DNA from: Bugula neritina
Lineage: Eukaryota; Animalia; Bryozoa
Assembly (NCBI GenBank): GCA_964035545.1
Contig: OZ037767.1
Location: 13,873,801-13,937,800 of the forward strand
Length of the DNA stretch: 64,000 bases
Direction of reading: 5' to 3'
How positions within the stretch are numbered: the stretch's first letter is position 1; every line of letters starts with the position of its first letter. A model generated the notes under the pieces. That model was given only the letters and a program-made list of their open reading frames with translations, was not told where the DNA came from and did not search any database. This document shows, piece by piece, positions 39,907 to 52,014 of this stretch. A program made the position numbers and the translations under genes.

Positions 39907-42900
39907 AGAAACTATAAGTTATCAATTTTTTTCCTGCAGGCAATATTCATTAGTACTTTTCATGCTGAATATACAAGGAAAATCTACCTTTAACTCATGT
40001 TTAAAAAATGTATAAATAAACAATGATTTTCAACTATAATTAAAGCATTCATATACAATATCCATATATTTTCAACCTTCACAGGCATGAAGAGCTTCAT
40101 GCTTTCTATTATATGTGTTTAGTTGATAAGATTGCGAAGATAAAGGAATGGTTGCAGAATGTGGAGTCAGTGTGTAACAGGAAGTTCATGGGCAGCTCCA
40201 GTAAATTCTGTCAGTATTTAAAGGATGGATTTGTAAAAAAATGTGTGTAAGTATCACAGCTTATTGTATTTTATATCTTCAAATATTATATTGTATTATT
40301 AGTATTGCATGGTGTTGTGATGTGAATATCTTGTGGTGCTATCTTGTATCACATATGATGTACAGTACATATGTATAATATATATGTATGAAATATACCG
40401 TATGTATAATATATATGTATGAGATATACCGTATGTATAATATATATATATATATATATGTATGAGATATACCGTGTGTATAATATATATGTATGTCATA
40501 CATATATATTATACTGTGTTAATTTGTAGAGATCGTTTTTGGAGCCTCGTAGACCATAACTGTCCAACTTACGGTGTGAGTCTATTTGATGCCGCTTGTG
40601 ATGCTGCCGCTGCCAGTATGTACATCCTGTTTGCTGCTTTAGCTGCTGTACGGTCATACCAAAACTCGCGCTGCCCTAATTGTTTTTCAACATCATGAGA
40701 AAACCAGTTATAAAATTCCATTTCTCCGTAAAAGGCTCTAAAATAAATTCAAAAATGCCCAGTTTTAGAATACAGGAAATAATTTATAATAACATAGATA
40801 TTTGTATATATTTTAAAACAAAGTGACAAGTTTTGTCGGCTTTCTAGGCAAAGAAACATTGTGCAACATCGACCTTGACATAGATTTGGGTATTGACCTT
40901 CCCGGGTTAGATATTGACTTGGATTTTGATTTGAAGGCACCATTTGCAGATACGAGAAGAAAAATAAAGGAAAGTAAGTTGACATGTTGAATTTTCATAA
41001 ATTATGTTCTGATGATATGCTTAGTTTCAGGAATATAAATATGTGAGACAATGTTGTAGTATGTTTACTACTGGAAGTTTATTTTATGTTTTGTTGTGGC
41101 AAACAGTAACTGCTAAGATGTCTAGAGTTTTACTGTGTCATATATTCTATTTCTTACTTTATTATAAGCAGAGGTCTATTTGTTATCTTTTGTCTGACCA
41201 TGATGTTTGATATTATTTCAAAAGAGGTAGCCGAGAGGAAGCGGTTGATTAAAGAGTACTTTGCCTACAACGTTACCTTCTTCAGAAATGAGTCGTCGGT
41301 AGCGAACCAATCTCGTACCTACAAGGCCATAGCCCGAGATATTCGTGACGAGTTACTCGGGAGAGTCAAAATTATAAAGTACTTCCTTCGAGTCACGCAG
41401 TTTGCTCTCGTCTCTTTCTTTCTCATGGTCGTTGTAGTGTGAGTTTCAGTCTTGTTTAAGTAAAGCTTGCTTAAGTTGGCAGAGTTAAATTTTGTAGTTA
41501 CACATAAGCGGGATTTCTTGTACATCAGTTCAATATCTCATTTTTGGACAGAGCGGATTTCCCTGTGTGGGAAATCCATCTAATGCGACCTCACATCAAG
41601 TTATGCAAATTATAAGCTGATTGAGTGAATTGTAATACTACACTTAGTTTCTAATAGTATAGGAAATAAATTAGTTTCATGAACAATATTCAGTTTGTTT
41701 GTTTACGCTGTTTATTTAGGGCTTGTCTGTATTTACGAAAATACCACAAAAAGATTCGCTGTGACAACTTTTACATCAACTCTTTTATCAAGGAGGTAGA
41801 CGTTAAGCGGATGCAACTACATCCAGAGAAAGAAAGTATATTCCCGATGACGCTACGTGAAAAGTTCACGTACATTTCACCATGTAAGGTTCTTTTTCAT
41901 TTGTGTGTGTCATAGGCTTGTGATTACTGCTTTTATCAATTGTTTTTAGTTTTTAACTTTAGCTTAGCGGTTTTGTGAATTTTTCTCTAAAACAGTATGT
42001 CAGACAGTAATTTTATCGTCAAAAGCAAGTGACTACATTAAAAAGTACCATCTGGTGTCTATATTACAGTGCCTATATTCCAGAGTCTATATTACTGTGT
42101 ATATATTACAGTGTCTATATTACAGTGTTTATATTACAGTGTATATATTACAGTGTTTATATTACAGTCTCTATATTACAGTGTCTATATTACAGAGTAT
42201 CTATATTACAGTGTCTATATTACAGAGTATATATTACAGTGTTTATATTACAGAGTATAGATTACAGTGTCTATATTACAGAGTATCTATATTACAGTGT
42301 CTATATTACAGAGTCTATATTACAGTGTTTATATTACAGCGTCTATATTACAGAGTATATATTACAGAGTCTATATTACAGTGTCTATATCACAGAGTAT
42401 ATATTACAGTGTATATATTACAGTGTATATATTACAGAGTATATATTACAGAGCATATATTACAGTGTCTGTATTACAGAGTATATATAATCTATATAAT
42501 GCAGGGTCCCTGAAAGTTACTGATTATGAGGTCAGCAAGATTCTAGTGAACCTGCTAAAGCTGATACCTCTGCTAGTCAACCTCCTGGTTGTAATTGTGT
42601 GTGATATAGGGCTGTGGTACGCCTTGGATCTCACTAAATCCATCTTCCAGATAGACTACGACACAGGCAGTATGTATGACAGAAAGATTTCAACATGCTT
42701 ATAGGTTTTGGGGTATTTAGGCGTGTTAGGTGATATAGAATATCTTTTTTTTGTAGTAAAACTAGCTGTGCTTGTATTGTAAAGCTCAGGTCTTGGGAAA
42801 GTCAAAATGGAATAGTATACATTGTATATGCTACTGTAAAGGATTTAGTGAAATGATTTCAACTTGTCTATAATTAGTTTTGTTGGTTTAATTAGTTAAT

Positions 42901-45830
42901 TGGTGATACTTAAGTTTGAAATATCTTTCGAATGCAGATAGTATGGTAAAATATTTGATAAATTGCTGAATGAGTGTTTACAAAATGGGTATAATAGGTT
43001 TTATACACTAATAATGATGATATAGTTAATGTAACTCAATTACAGTGTTTTATTACTATTGTAAGTGATTTATTTTTGCTTTTTTGTCTGTTTATTTTGT
43101 CTGTCTGTTTTCCTGCGCATATGTCTGTCTGTCTGTCTGTGTGTAGTTCAAGCTGGTGAGTTCGAGACTAAGGTAGAGGGGGATGGACCTATTGGCAAGT
43201 CGTTTAACGAGATAGACCCTATCAAAGACGATTCTTCAGAAGATTATGTTGATGACTGGAATTGTGTCCCCTTCCCCGCTGAGCCGGACTGGGAACTCTA
43301 TAGAAACATGCGTATGTTGTGGGGGAGATAATTTAGAATGTGAAGCATTAAAGTAGAAATATAAGCATTTTTCACTTGGGTTTTTGGTTAATTATCCATT
43401 TCAAACTGTAAATCTGCATAATATGAAATGTTATACCTTAGCAACTTTGTTTGAAAACCAAAACTTAGCCCTATTAAGTAAACCAAAATCTAGTAAAAGC
43501 ATTACTTTTGTTTATTCTCTTCCGGCGTCTCTCTTAATATGGGAGACACTACTCTGTACTAATTAATATTTTTTATACTTTTAGTGTTCATCTTCTTACA
43601 GGTAACTTTGCCATATATCTAATACTCATGGCGTTATTCCAAGGCTATGTTCTTAGACTGAGGCCCATTATCTGTAGCATGTTCTATCCTAAGCGGGCTA
43701 GAGAGAGAGCCATATACTTGTATAGTGAGATTCTACAGACTAGGGGTGGCTTCTTGTCGTACCTCAAAAAACAGGCTAAACTTAGGCTCCTCAAACATGA
43801 AAACATAGAAAAGGTTTGGAAATGGAATGTTCTAGCATTACTTGGTGTGGCTTAGCCTGTGTGCCATGTTCTTTCGTAGCCCTCAATCATATTACATGTA
43901 TTGGACCATGTGCTTGCCTTTTATACACCTAGCTAAGGCTATGCATTTTACTTATTGCAGCAGATCTTCAAATTTATTGGCTAGAATCTCTTTATAGGTG
44001 AGTTTGTGTCAAAGGCTGGGTGCTTCAATACCTCTACTACGTCCCATACTCAATGCCTTAGGCTATGCTCAGAAATACTGTATAGGTTGTGGACAAGCTG
44101 GGCCGGTTAAAGACATGGAGAATTTCATACATTGCAGAAATTATGGCTGTAAAGGTAGCTTTTCTGTTTACTTGGCGCCTTACTTAGATTACCACTTTTC
44201 AACAAATGGATAAGAGATGAAAAATTCAAATGACCCTGTTTTTAAATTCTCTGGAAGTTGAGAACATGAATAATATTATATGTTTTTTTACAGTTATCGT
44301 TGAAACAATGGAATAGTTTTTAGGTTGTCCCTAAATATTTGACAATTCACTTTTCACTGCTTCACATACTTGCTATATCATCTTAAATTTTTGGCCATGG
44401 CATTAAAAATTTATAAATACTAGCTGTTTTCAAATTCATTGGAATTTAAGGTTACAACATGTTTTTAAAATAATCATGACTCATCAAAGCCAGCGCATAG
44501 CTTTAAAGTTGTAATCAAACATTTGACCATTTTTCTTGTCGCGATTTAACACACATGCTATACTAAATTTTAGAATTATCATTGCCTTTTAACAAATATT
44601 TGCTACTAAATAGAAGTTTTATAAAGTTGTGAGAATATGGTAAAGTTTCATTTAAGCTTTAACAAATCTTTTAAGTCAAATTTTTATTCAACGAATTTAA
44701 GTTGTCGGCTTGTACCTGATAAGTTTTCATCTGGCTTTAATTTTGGAACTTAGAGTTAAAGTATAACTGTTTAGTTTTGGCAAATGATCACTAGAACTGG
44801 TGCTATGTCTGCACCTCAGTCTATTGCACACCTTGACCTTGAACTCTAGGTCAAACAAACACTTACCGACTTTGTGCTACTTGTAGCCATATACTGCAAG
44901 ACGTGCACTAATGACCTGAAGAACACGTGCACTGAGTGTAACAAACCAATAGACTTCAGTTTTATAGAAGTGGACGAGGAACTAGACTCAAGGTGCTTCC
45001 TGTTTCTACTAAATTAATTAAAATACAAATTATAACAACCATGCAATTACTTCTTTGTTTGGTGCAAAAGCTTAAACCTTTCTATTTTTCACACCTTTTG
45101 AGAAAAAGTTTTAAATATCCCACCATTTAGTATTATATCACACTATAATATATTATCATAAAATATCTTGGCATACCATATCTGTACAGGCTGTGCTATA
45201 TTTATACTGTATACAAATTTATAGGTAAAATAGTGTAGAATGCAGTAGTTAAGTTGGCCATATTAATAGTGTAGAAGCTAGTATTTTTTATAATTCTTCT
45301 TCCGTTGTTCATAGAAATATTTAATAATACTTTAGTCACATTGAGTAATAAAATGAGTCACGTTTAGTGATACAATAGTCATATTTTAGTGATGAAGAGG
45401 TGGAAGGTGAGAAAAAGGAAGTGAAAGAAGCTCCGCAACAGAAGGAACTGAAGACAGTTCAGCAGCAAGGAGATATTCTGAAACGTCTGCTGGTTGTTCA
45501 GAAAGAGAAGGTACTGAATATTTTAATAGTAATACTAATATAATATGATTGGCTGTGTTGTAGTGTGTATATTATAGTATACTAGTATAATATATTATAT
45601 TATCTATAATATTATATTATAATATATATTACTTGTGATAGCAGAATGTACTTTTTCACCTAGAAGACTGTAGTCATGTGCATGTAGCTGTTGTCTAGTA
45701 ATGTAATATATTTATATTATAGGTATTTAGTGATACAACATGTAATATATTATATACGTAGTCTATTATAGGTCTTAAATATCATGTTATGTGATTTTAG
45801 CAACTGGCTGTTACTGGAGAAGTTGTATAG
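36650..45830 (+). CDS. DCST2: DC-STAMP domain protein, DCST2/sneaky/SPE-42 family, about 771 aa
   Basis: 17 phase-compatible exons: 36650-36693, 37295-37440, 37832-38014, 38960-39130, 39600-39701, 40123-40246, 40530-40615, 40848-40973, 41225-41438, 41720-41883, 42505-42669, 43147-43311, 43602-43813, 43998-44154, 44887-44992, 45390-45510, 45801-45830 (last exon least certain). Motifs VRCIFALVIP, DNFYI, YVLRLRPIICSMFYPKRARERAIYLY, and the C-terminal C4C4 CIGCGQ...DMENFIHC...GCKAIYCKTC...NTCTEC...ELDSSDEE, as recalled for DCST2. Confidence 0.88.
36872..37061 (+). mobile_element. tRNA-derived SINE, family A copy 4 (5'-truncated)
   Basis: GTCATGGGTTCAAACCC B-box, ATGTTAGGAAGAGCATCCAGTC core, TATAAACTTGCGGGAGTTTT tail. 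Confidence 0.85.
37994..38365 (+). repeat. 33-bp tandem repeat x11 spanning the DCST2 exon-3 donor
   Basis: Unit TCATCCCTACTCTATGCTCTG|GTAGGTATTCAC; donors every 33 nt from 38015 to 38345. Confidence 0.92.
38684..38902 (-). mobile_element. tRNA-derived SINE, family A copy 5
   Basis: Reverse complement matches copies 2-4. Confidence 0.85.
39419..39608 (+). repeat. 48-50-bp tandem repeat x4 spanning the DCST2 exon-5 acceptor
   Basis: Unit TATATTAACACTGTGTAGCCTGTGTTCCTACAG|ATATAAGTATATAGT; acceptor AGs end at 39453, 39501, 39551 and 39599. Confidence 0.9.
39775..39905. repeat. (CA)n microsatellite
   Basis: Direct inspection. Confidence 0.95.
42056..42486 (+). repeat. 12/14-bp minisatellite (CTATATTACAGTGT-type) x about 30
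   Basis: Direct inspection; ends about 18 nt before the exon-11 acceptor at 42504. Confidence 0.9.
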
Positions 45831-46500
45831 TGATAACTGCACACAGTACGACTGTGAGTACGACTGTCACTACGACTGTGAGTACGACTGTCAAGATGAC
45901 TCATCATACTTCGCAGGATGTTTACAACTAATGAGCACACAACTTCTACTGCTACTTAAAATGCTTATCTGGAATATATTTAACCAAGTCTGGTTCAAGA
46001 GAATGACTCTAGCTATTAGACTTTTATTAAATATTACTTGATATAATTCTTTATAAGCAGTACTATTCAAACTGTTGTATACAGCTGCATTAACGTTTCA
46101 TCCAAAAATTTGGGTAAGTTCTCTGAAGAACATGCTGTTGAGGTTTTAAATCATTGCCTGGGCTCTACGAATTGTATTCAACTGTCTAAAATTTGCCTCA
46201 TTGTCTAAACTTGTATCTGTAGTTAAACCATCTTCTATGATATTCTATTTAAATATTTTTTTGTTAAACCTCAGGCTGTGTTGTTTTTCTCAATATTATT
46301 TTATGCGTAAGTGTCATTTCTTGGCATACCATATGAAATATATATTTTATTTGATCTCGAATTGCTTCAAAAATAAATCATGTTTCAACATAAGCATATG
46401 TTATCTACAAAAGTGTCAGAATATGTCCTTATTATATACAGTGCGACATCAAAAGTTCACTTGAAATCACTAAACTTATTAATTTACTTTGTGAAAAAAT

Positions 46501-46629
46501 GCTAGTTGGAGCCTAAAGTCAAGGGTGGGCGTGTCCTAGAGGCTAGAGCCATATATTACGAAGTATCAACCTGAAACCTAAAACCCAATCAGAATCAGAA
46601 TTTGCTTCTAAATTTAGGCTCCAACTAGC
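46501..46629. mobile_element. Small MITE-like inverted-repeat element between convergent genes
   Basis: 17-bp TIRs GCTAGTTGGAGCCTAAA / TTTAGGCTCCAACTAGC. Confidence 0.6.
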
Positions 46630-46861
46630 CAGCTTCAATTCATTAAAAAAAAATTATAACTGAGGTTTACAGCTTGTCACGGGTTTTACCAGAACCTTAG
46701 GTCGAGAGGTTAAACTGTTCTATCTGCTCCATTTATCGAATTGATGATATTTTGAGCCAAATTTGCTTCTTCACTAAAGTATTTTTAATAAATATATCTG
46801 TGTTTGCATAATACTGGAGGTGCCTTCATTCTTTAATAATAAATGAGTTGTAAAATTATAG

Positions 46862-49800
46862 TTAATCTACTTGATAAAAATCCGATATTAGCTTTGCTGG
46901 TATCAAGGCATTTATATGTGGATGTTTCAAGTGTCTGTGTAGCATGGTCATAGTGGCGCCTTTACTGTCCTTCCAGAATGTTAGGACTTGCTCCATCGGG
47001 TTCTTCATATTCAACCTCCGCCAGAATTGTATGGTTTCTGAGGACACGCCTATTCTTTGAGCAAACGCTCTCCAATCACCACCTATAAAGGTTGTTTTCT
47101 ATTTAAAACCGATTATTGTAGTACTTGTACAATAATAATAAACAAAGTTCAATATATTATCTATTCACCTAACTTTCAGTTCTTTGTATGACGTAGATGT
47201 CATGAGTACAAAATGAAAGCAATCTTAAAAAGTTTAGTAATATTATGTTTATCATTCACGATGTTGGAATGCATATCTAAACTGAAATTTGTTTGCCAAT
47301 GTATTAACAGCTACAATAATCACACTATCAAATAAAACAATGGGATGTGTATTATATGGCTACTCACCTGTATACTTTTCTAGACTGAGCTCATTGCAAA
47401 GGGCCTGCTTTATTTCAGGTATAAGATATCGGATATGGGTCTCACCACACTGCTTTCTCAAAGGCTATAAAACACATGAAACTTTAAATAGAATAAGCCA
47501 AGCTTTTGCTAGTTACTTTCAAATGATATACGATATAATATAATACTGGCATTATTTTATTAATGGTGAATATTTTGCAAAACAAATTGAGCTCTAAAAT
47601 ATATTGAATTTTTTTTAAACTACAGAGTTATAGCTTGCAGTATGATATCTGTGTGAAATATTTTAGAGGTGCTAAGAACGTTTCACCAAAGTTACTACAG
47701 CAATATTATGTTAGTTATGCAATATAAAAAAACTTCTTGTTTTTTAAATTATTGGCAAAAGAATGGAAGTTGTTTTATATAAAAAATAAAAATGCTTTTC
47801 GTGCAATTTCTGAAAAAAAAGTTGACTGAAGAAGATATATAATAGGAGTTGCTTCACCTCAGTGAGATGAAATGGAGTTATCATACCTTGGTGAAGAGAA
47901 CAGGAGTTGTCATACCTTAGTGAGAAAAAAGGGGGTTGTCATACCTTAGTGAGGGGAAAGGGGGTTGTCTCCATTTCATGAATTATTTCCATAGTATGAC
48001 TAGATCTGGATACAGTCTGATTTTTTGACTTGAGCTTGAATAGGGGATTGTCTGACGGTAATTGACCCATTGGTTTGTCTATATAAACAATCATGCCAAT
48101 AAAGCTTTAAATATTATTATATTTTAATAAACTCACAGTTTTCGTTAGAAATATAAAAGATGGAAATATTATATTGCAGTTATTCTGAGTTACTTTAGTT
48201 ACTTATTTTAATACTTCTCCTTTTATGTAAAAAAATATTTCTTAAAAAAGATTACTTTCAGTATTTTATACTTGAAGTGCGTGTGTAGTCTTTCACAACT
48301 GTAAGATATTCTAAGTAGTTTCAAATTTAATTCACATAATATGCTTGAATGAATGATAAGATTTAAAATGACTTTTATGCTTTAGTAATTCGACACACCT
48401 CATCATTGTGATATAACTTATAGGCTAATATAGTTACCATGGCATAAGTTTTAAACAAATTGCAATTAATACTTTACCGAGAATAAGATCTTGCTTGAGA
48501 CGTTTTAGTATTCTGTAGAGTTCCGGCGTACTTTTAGCTTCTAGGGCTTCTTCTATTCCATTTACACAAGACAGATTTTTCCTCACCATATTCTGATCGA
48601 TAGAATAACATATTGTAATAATATAAAGCGAAATTGCAGTCAGTTTACTTTTGATAAGTTATGATATAGGTTCCTTGGCTGGGTGATGATAGTTTTTACT
48701 ATGATTATATGCACTTCCACACAACTTACAAAGCACAAAAAACTTGTTTTAAAGAAATTCTAAACACTTTTTAACCGTTTTATTATAATGCAAATTTTTT
48801 TTAAAATGCCCCTTAAGTTAAGCCATTATAGAAATATTATATATGAACTATATAAAATATTGGTTAAATTTTTTATTCTAAAAACTCATCATTTGACCAA
48901 CAAACAATTCATAAACCATTATTGATATAAATTATATTATAATTGCAAACTATTCACATTACAATTTAATATTCAAGAGAATCATGCATAAGGTATTCTC
49001 GTTACCTGATAGTTGAAGCTTTGTTGGGAGACTCGAGTTTCCAGATCTTCTATTCTCTGCTCTACCATTGATCTCTTCTCATTGCGTAAGTAGAGATCAT
49101 CAACTAGCATGTATACCATTTCTCTGATGTACTCAGCATTGATATCTACCAGCAAAGATAAATACAAAGCATGTTCTAGCAGTTAATATTGAGTAGACAT
49201 TCAGGCTATATGTTATTTGCAGATCTTAATTTTGAACTATAGATGCAACACGAATTTAAAGAATCCCTGACACACTTTACTTATGCAGTACTATAATATT
49301 CTTATATATGTTAGTTTTCATTTGCATACTGTTTTAAGGTTGGATACATCTTACATTTAAAATAATAATAATTCTACTGTATATACCACTGCTATACACT
49401 ACACATTTTATATACATGGATATATGCTTGTTGCTTAGTTATTTGAGTTTTGAAGACCTTAGCTTATGTTATATGGTGACAGTTACCTAAAATGTGATTA
49501 CATACTTGCACACATACACACCCACCATCAACACATGCACATAAATGCATATCCAACCTTCACTAAAGAAAAATTAGAACAATGTATGCTTAATAAGCTT
49601 TTTCACTGACAAACCAAAACTAATTATTTTGCAGCAAAACAATAAATCCAAAAGTACTACACAGATGTATCATGCAAAGGTGTCATGCATATACTGCAGC
49701 TCTTTCAGAATTTTCTTAAACACAGAATTACGTCTGCTAAGTCACAAGTATAGATAAATAAATGGTAAGAAATTTTGAAGTGTTCGAAACTGTTACTATC

Positions 49801-52014
49801 TTAGATTAGCTGCAAGCAACTTTAAAAGCTTTTATAAAATAAAATTCCATTCAAGGTCAGTTCATTTGGTGTAAGAATAATCATAATGCAAGTTTACAAA
49901 TAATAATACAATGATAATAGATTACAGCAGGGCTTACTTATACAGTTTCCTGTCAAATATAAAAGCACACAGTCATGGTATTAATGAATTGGTAGCTATG
50001 GTATACAGCTGAAATATATATAATATAACTTGGGAATGGTATTAAAATAACAAACTGTATAATTAAGCTCTGATATTTTCTAGATATTATGTTTCTCCTT
50101 GCCCAATGGTTTAATATGGCTATAACAGAATATGATTATTAAAGATCATTAAAAATGTGAGGAAGGGCATATATCTGGCTGAAGCCCCCAGGCTATGCAG
50201 TTTGGAGCAAGTCTATAAATTTTACTGTGAAACTTCTGGCAGAAAACAAAAGAGATTTCAAATCCTATTAAGCCATTTGCCGAAAATATATGCCAACTTT
50301 CGTCAATCAATAAGCTTAACAAATTTATATTTTTGAAGTTAGTTATACCTTTACAAATTTACCTGGTTCATTGTTGTATGCTACACAATGCAGAGAGAAG
50401 TTGAAATATGTTGCTGATTATTAATCTGATTGTTTGGTTTGAAAAACTATGAGGTAAAAATTGTTGTGTCTTTTATAATTGTCACGATTCTAAATTATAA
50501 CTTCTGTTTGATTCTATATATGAATAACTTTCATGAAATAAGTCAGGTGGGGGATCAAATACGTTTGAATAGTTTGTTATTTCAGCTGCCTACCTGCTTT
50601 AACATTCTTCATTAAATGTAAACTTTCAAAATCATAACGGCTCTTTAGTATTAAAGTTTAATTTTTGTAATTTAATTAATTAAGATTAATATTTTAATTA
50701 ATTCAATTTCAAATGCCAATAATGCCTACAACTAGTGATAAGCAAGCGATTTGGTATGATAATTATGCAATCAATTCCTACACTGTTTGCTCACTCTGAA
50801 AGTCTTTAAGACATTTGAATAGCTGTCTGAAGTTTGTCATAAAGCAAACTCTGTGATGTTGTGATATTTACATTGGAATGCTGCCTAAGTCAGCAACTGG
50901 ATCGTATGTCACCATTAAGCAAGTATACACATTGTTTTATGTAAAGGTAAATAAAAAGAGTATGTGTGATATTTTGTATATAGAGAGAGGCCTAGTGTAT
51001 TAATTTTCAAGTACCGTAAAAACATGAAAAGTAAATAAATGTGAATTTCAGTTTTAAAATACAGAAATCTATTTTTGCTGAGCGACCCACAAATAAGAAT
51101 GTTACTCTTGAAAACATGTGTATTTCTTGTTTTGTGAAATAATCAACAGCAATAGCAGAAGGAGCAGCAACAGAAATTGCCTTCTCTCCTTGGAAATAGG
51201 CTACTATCATCACACTATGGTATACTTTATTAAATCGAGAGCTAAAGTTATTATGAGTGGAATTTATTTTCCCAATGCTTAACAACATTTCTAGTCTTGA
51301 CAACAAACGCAACAAAGCAGTAGGGGCTATATATGTAAATAAAACATTCTCTGACAGCTGCTATAATATTGTATTACATCATAATTTGTAGCCTGTACTT
51401 TACTCTTCTATTGTGAAGATTTTCTATGTAAACTTTGGTCTAGGTTATGTAGATTTCTACATCTAACATAATTGGATTATGTAATTGAATTTCCCAGCAA
51501 CACTACCTTAAAAACCTTTTGCCCCCACCATTACACCAAGGAGGCTACTGCAGAGATTACAACACCACATTTCACCCAGTTCTCCAGAATTCTACCCTCC
51601 ACCAGCCCCTTTAACTCTCTCTCACACTACATTTAAGGCTGATAAAGTTTGTAAAAATTCCGCCCAAATCGGGTATTGAACCCACAGACCTCTGGCTTGC
51701 TAGCCAACACGCTAACCACTACACTACGGAGCCTACTGGGGAATCACAGCACAACACTGCCTACCTATAGGGTCATCTACTGGCTCAAGAGGGAACTTCT
51801 CTCTATCTCTGTGTGACAGGATTTCTGGTAGAATTGTGTGTAGTTTAGTCCTCAGTCTCTGTACGTCTGCAATTTTCTGGTCCACGTCTGCTTTGAGTAA
51901 ACTTATCTGTTCATTCAGAGCATCTATTTCCTGTTGTTTCTTGCTGCTTTCTTCTTTGGCCAACTCTAGAGGTGACTGCTTCTTTGCAGATTTACTTCTA
52001 CCACCAGGAGGCAT
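46862..52014 (-). CDS. Uncharacterised 318-aa protein: N-terminal coiled coils plus C-terminal Death domain
   Basis: Exons 52014-51765, 49145-49006, 48592-48478, 48078-47945, 47464-47368, 47082-46862 total 957 nt with no internal stops. The C-terminus IRYLIPEIKQALCNELSLEKYTGGDWRAFAQRIGVSSETIQFWRRLNMKNPMEQVLTFWKDSKGATMTMLHRHL fits the Death-domain pattern (DWRxxAxxxG; P...L..W; AT...L...L). Confidence 0.8.
47845..47969 (-). repeat. 29-bp tandem repeat x4 spanning a donor of the Death-domain gene
   Basis: Sense-strand unit GACAACCCCCTTTCCCCTCACTAAG|GTAT; donor GTs begin at 47944, 47915, 47886 and 47857. Confidence 0.85.
51655..51733 (-). mobile_element. tRNA-like head (tRNA-Ala-AGC-like) of a second SINE family, or a tRNA pseudogene
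   Basis: GGCTCCGTAGTGTAGTGGTTAGC A-box, TGGC-TAGCAA-GCCA anticodon-like arm, GGTTCAATACC B-box; the acceptor stem does not pair. Confidence 0.6.

Noticed and set aside
42029-42513. Tyr/Ile-rich ORFs in several frames
   Set aside because: Intronic 12/14-bp satellite; no coding signature.
51655-51733. Functional tRNA-Ala gene
   Set aside because: The acceptor stem cannot pair and the T-stem is imperfect; better explained as a SINE head or pseudogene.
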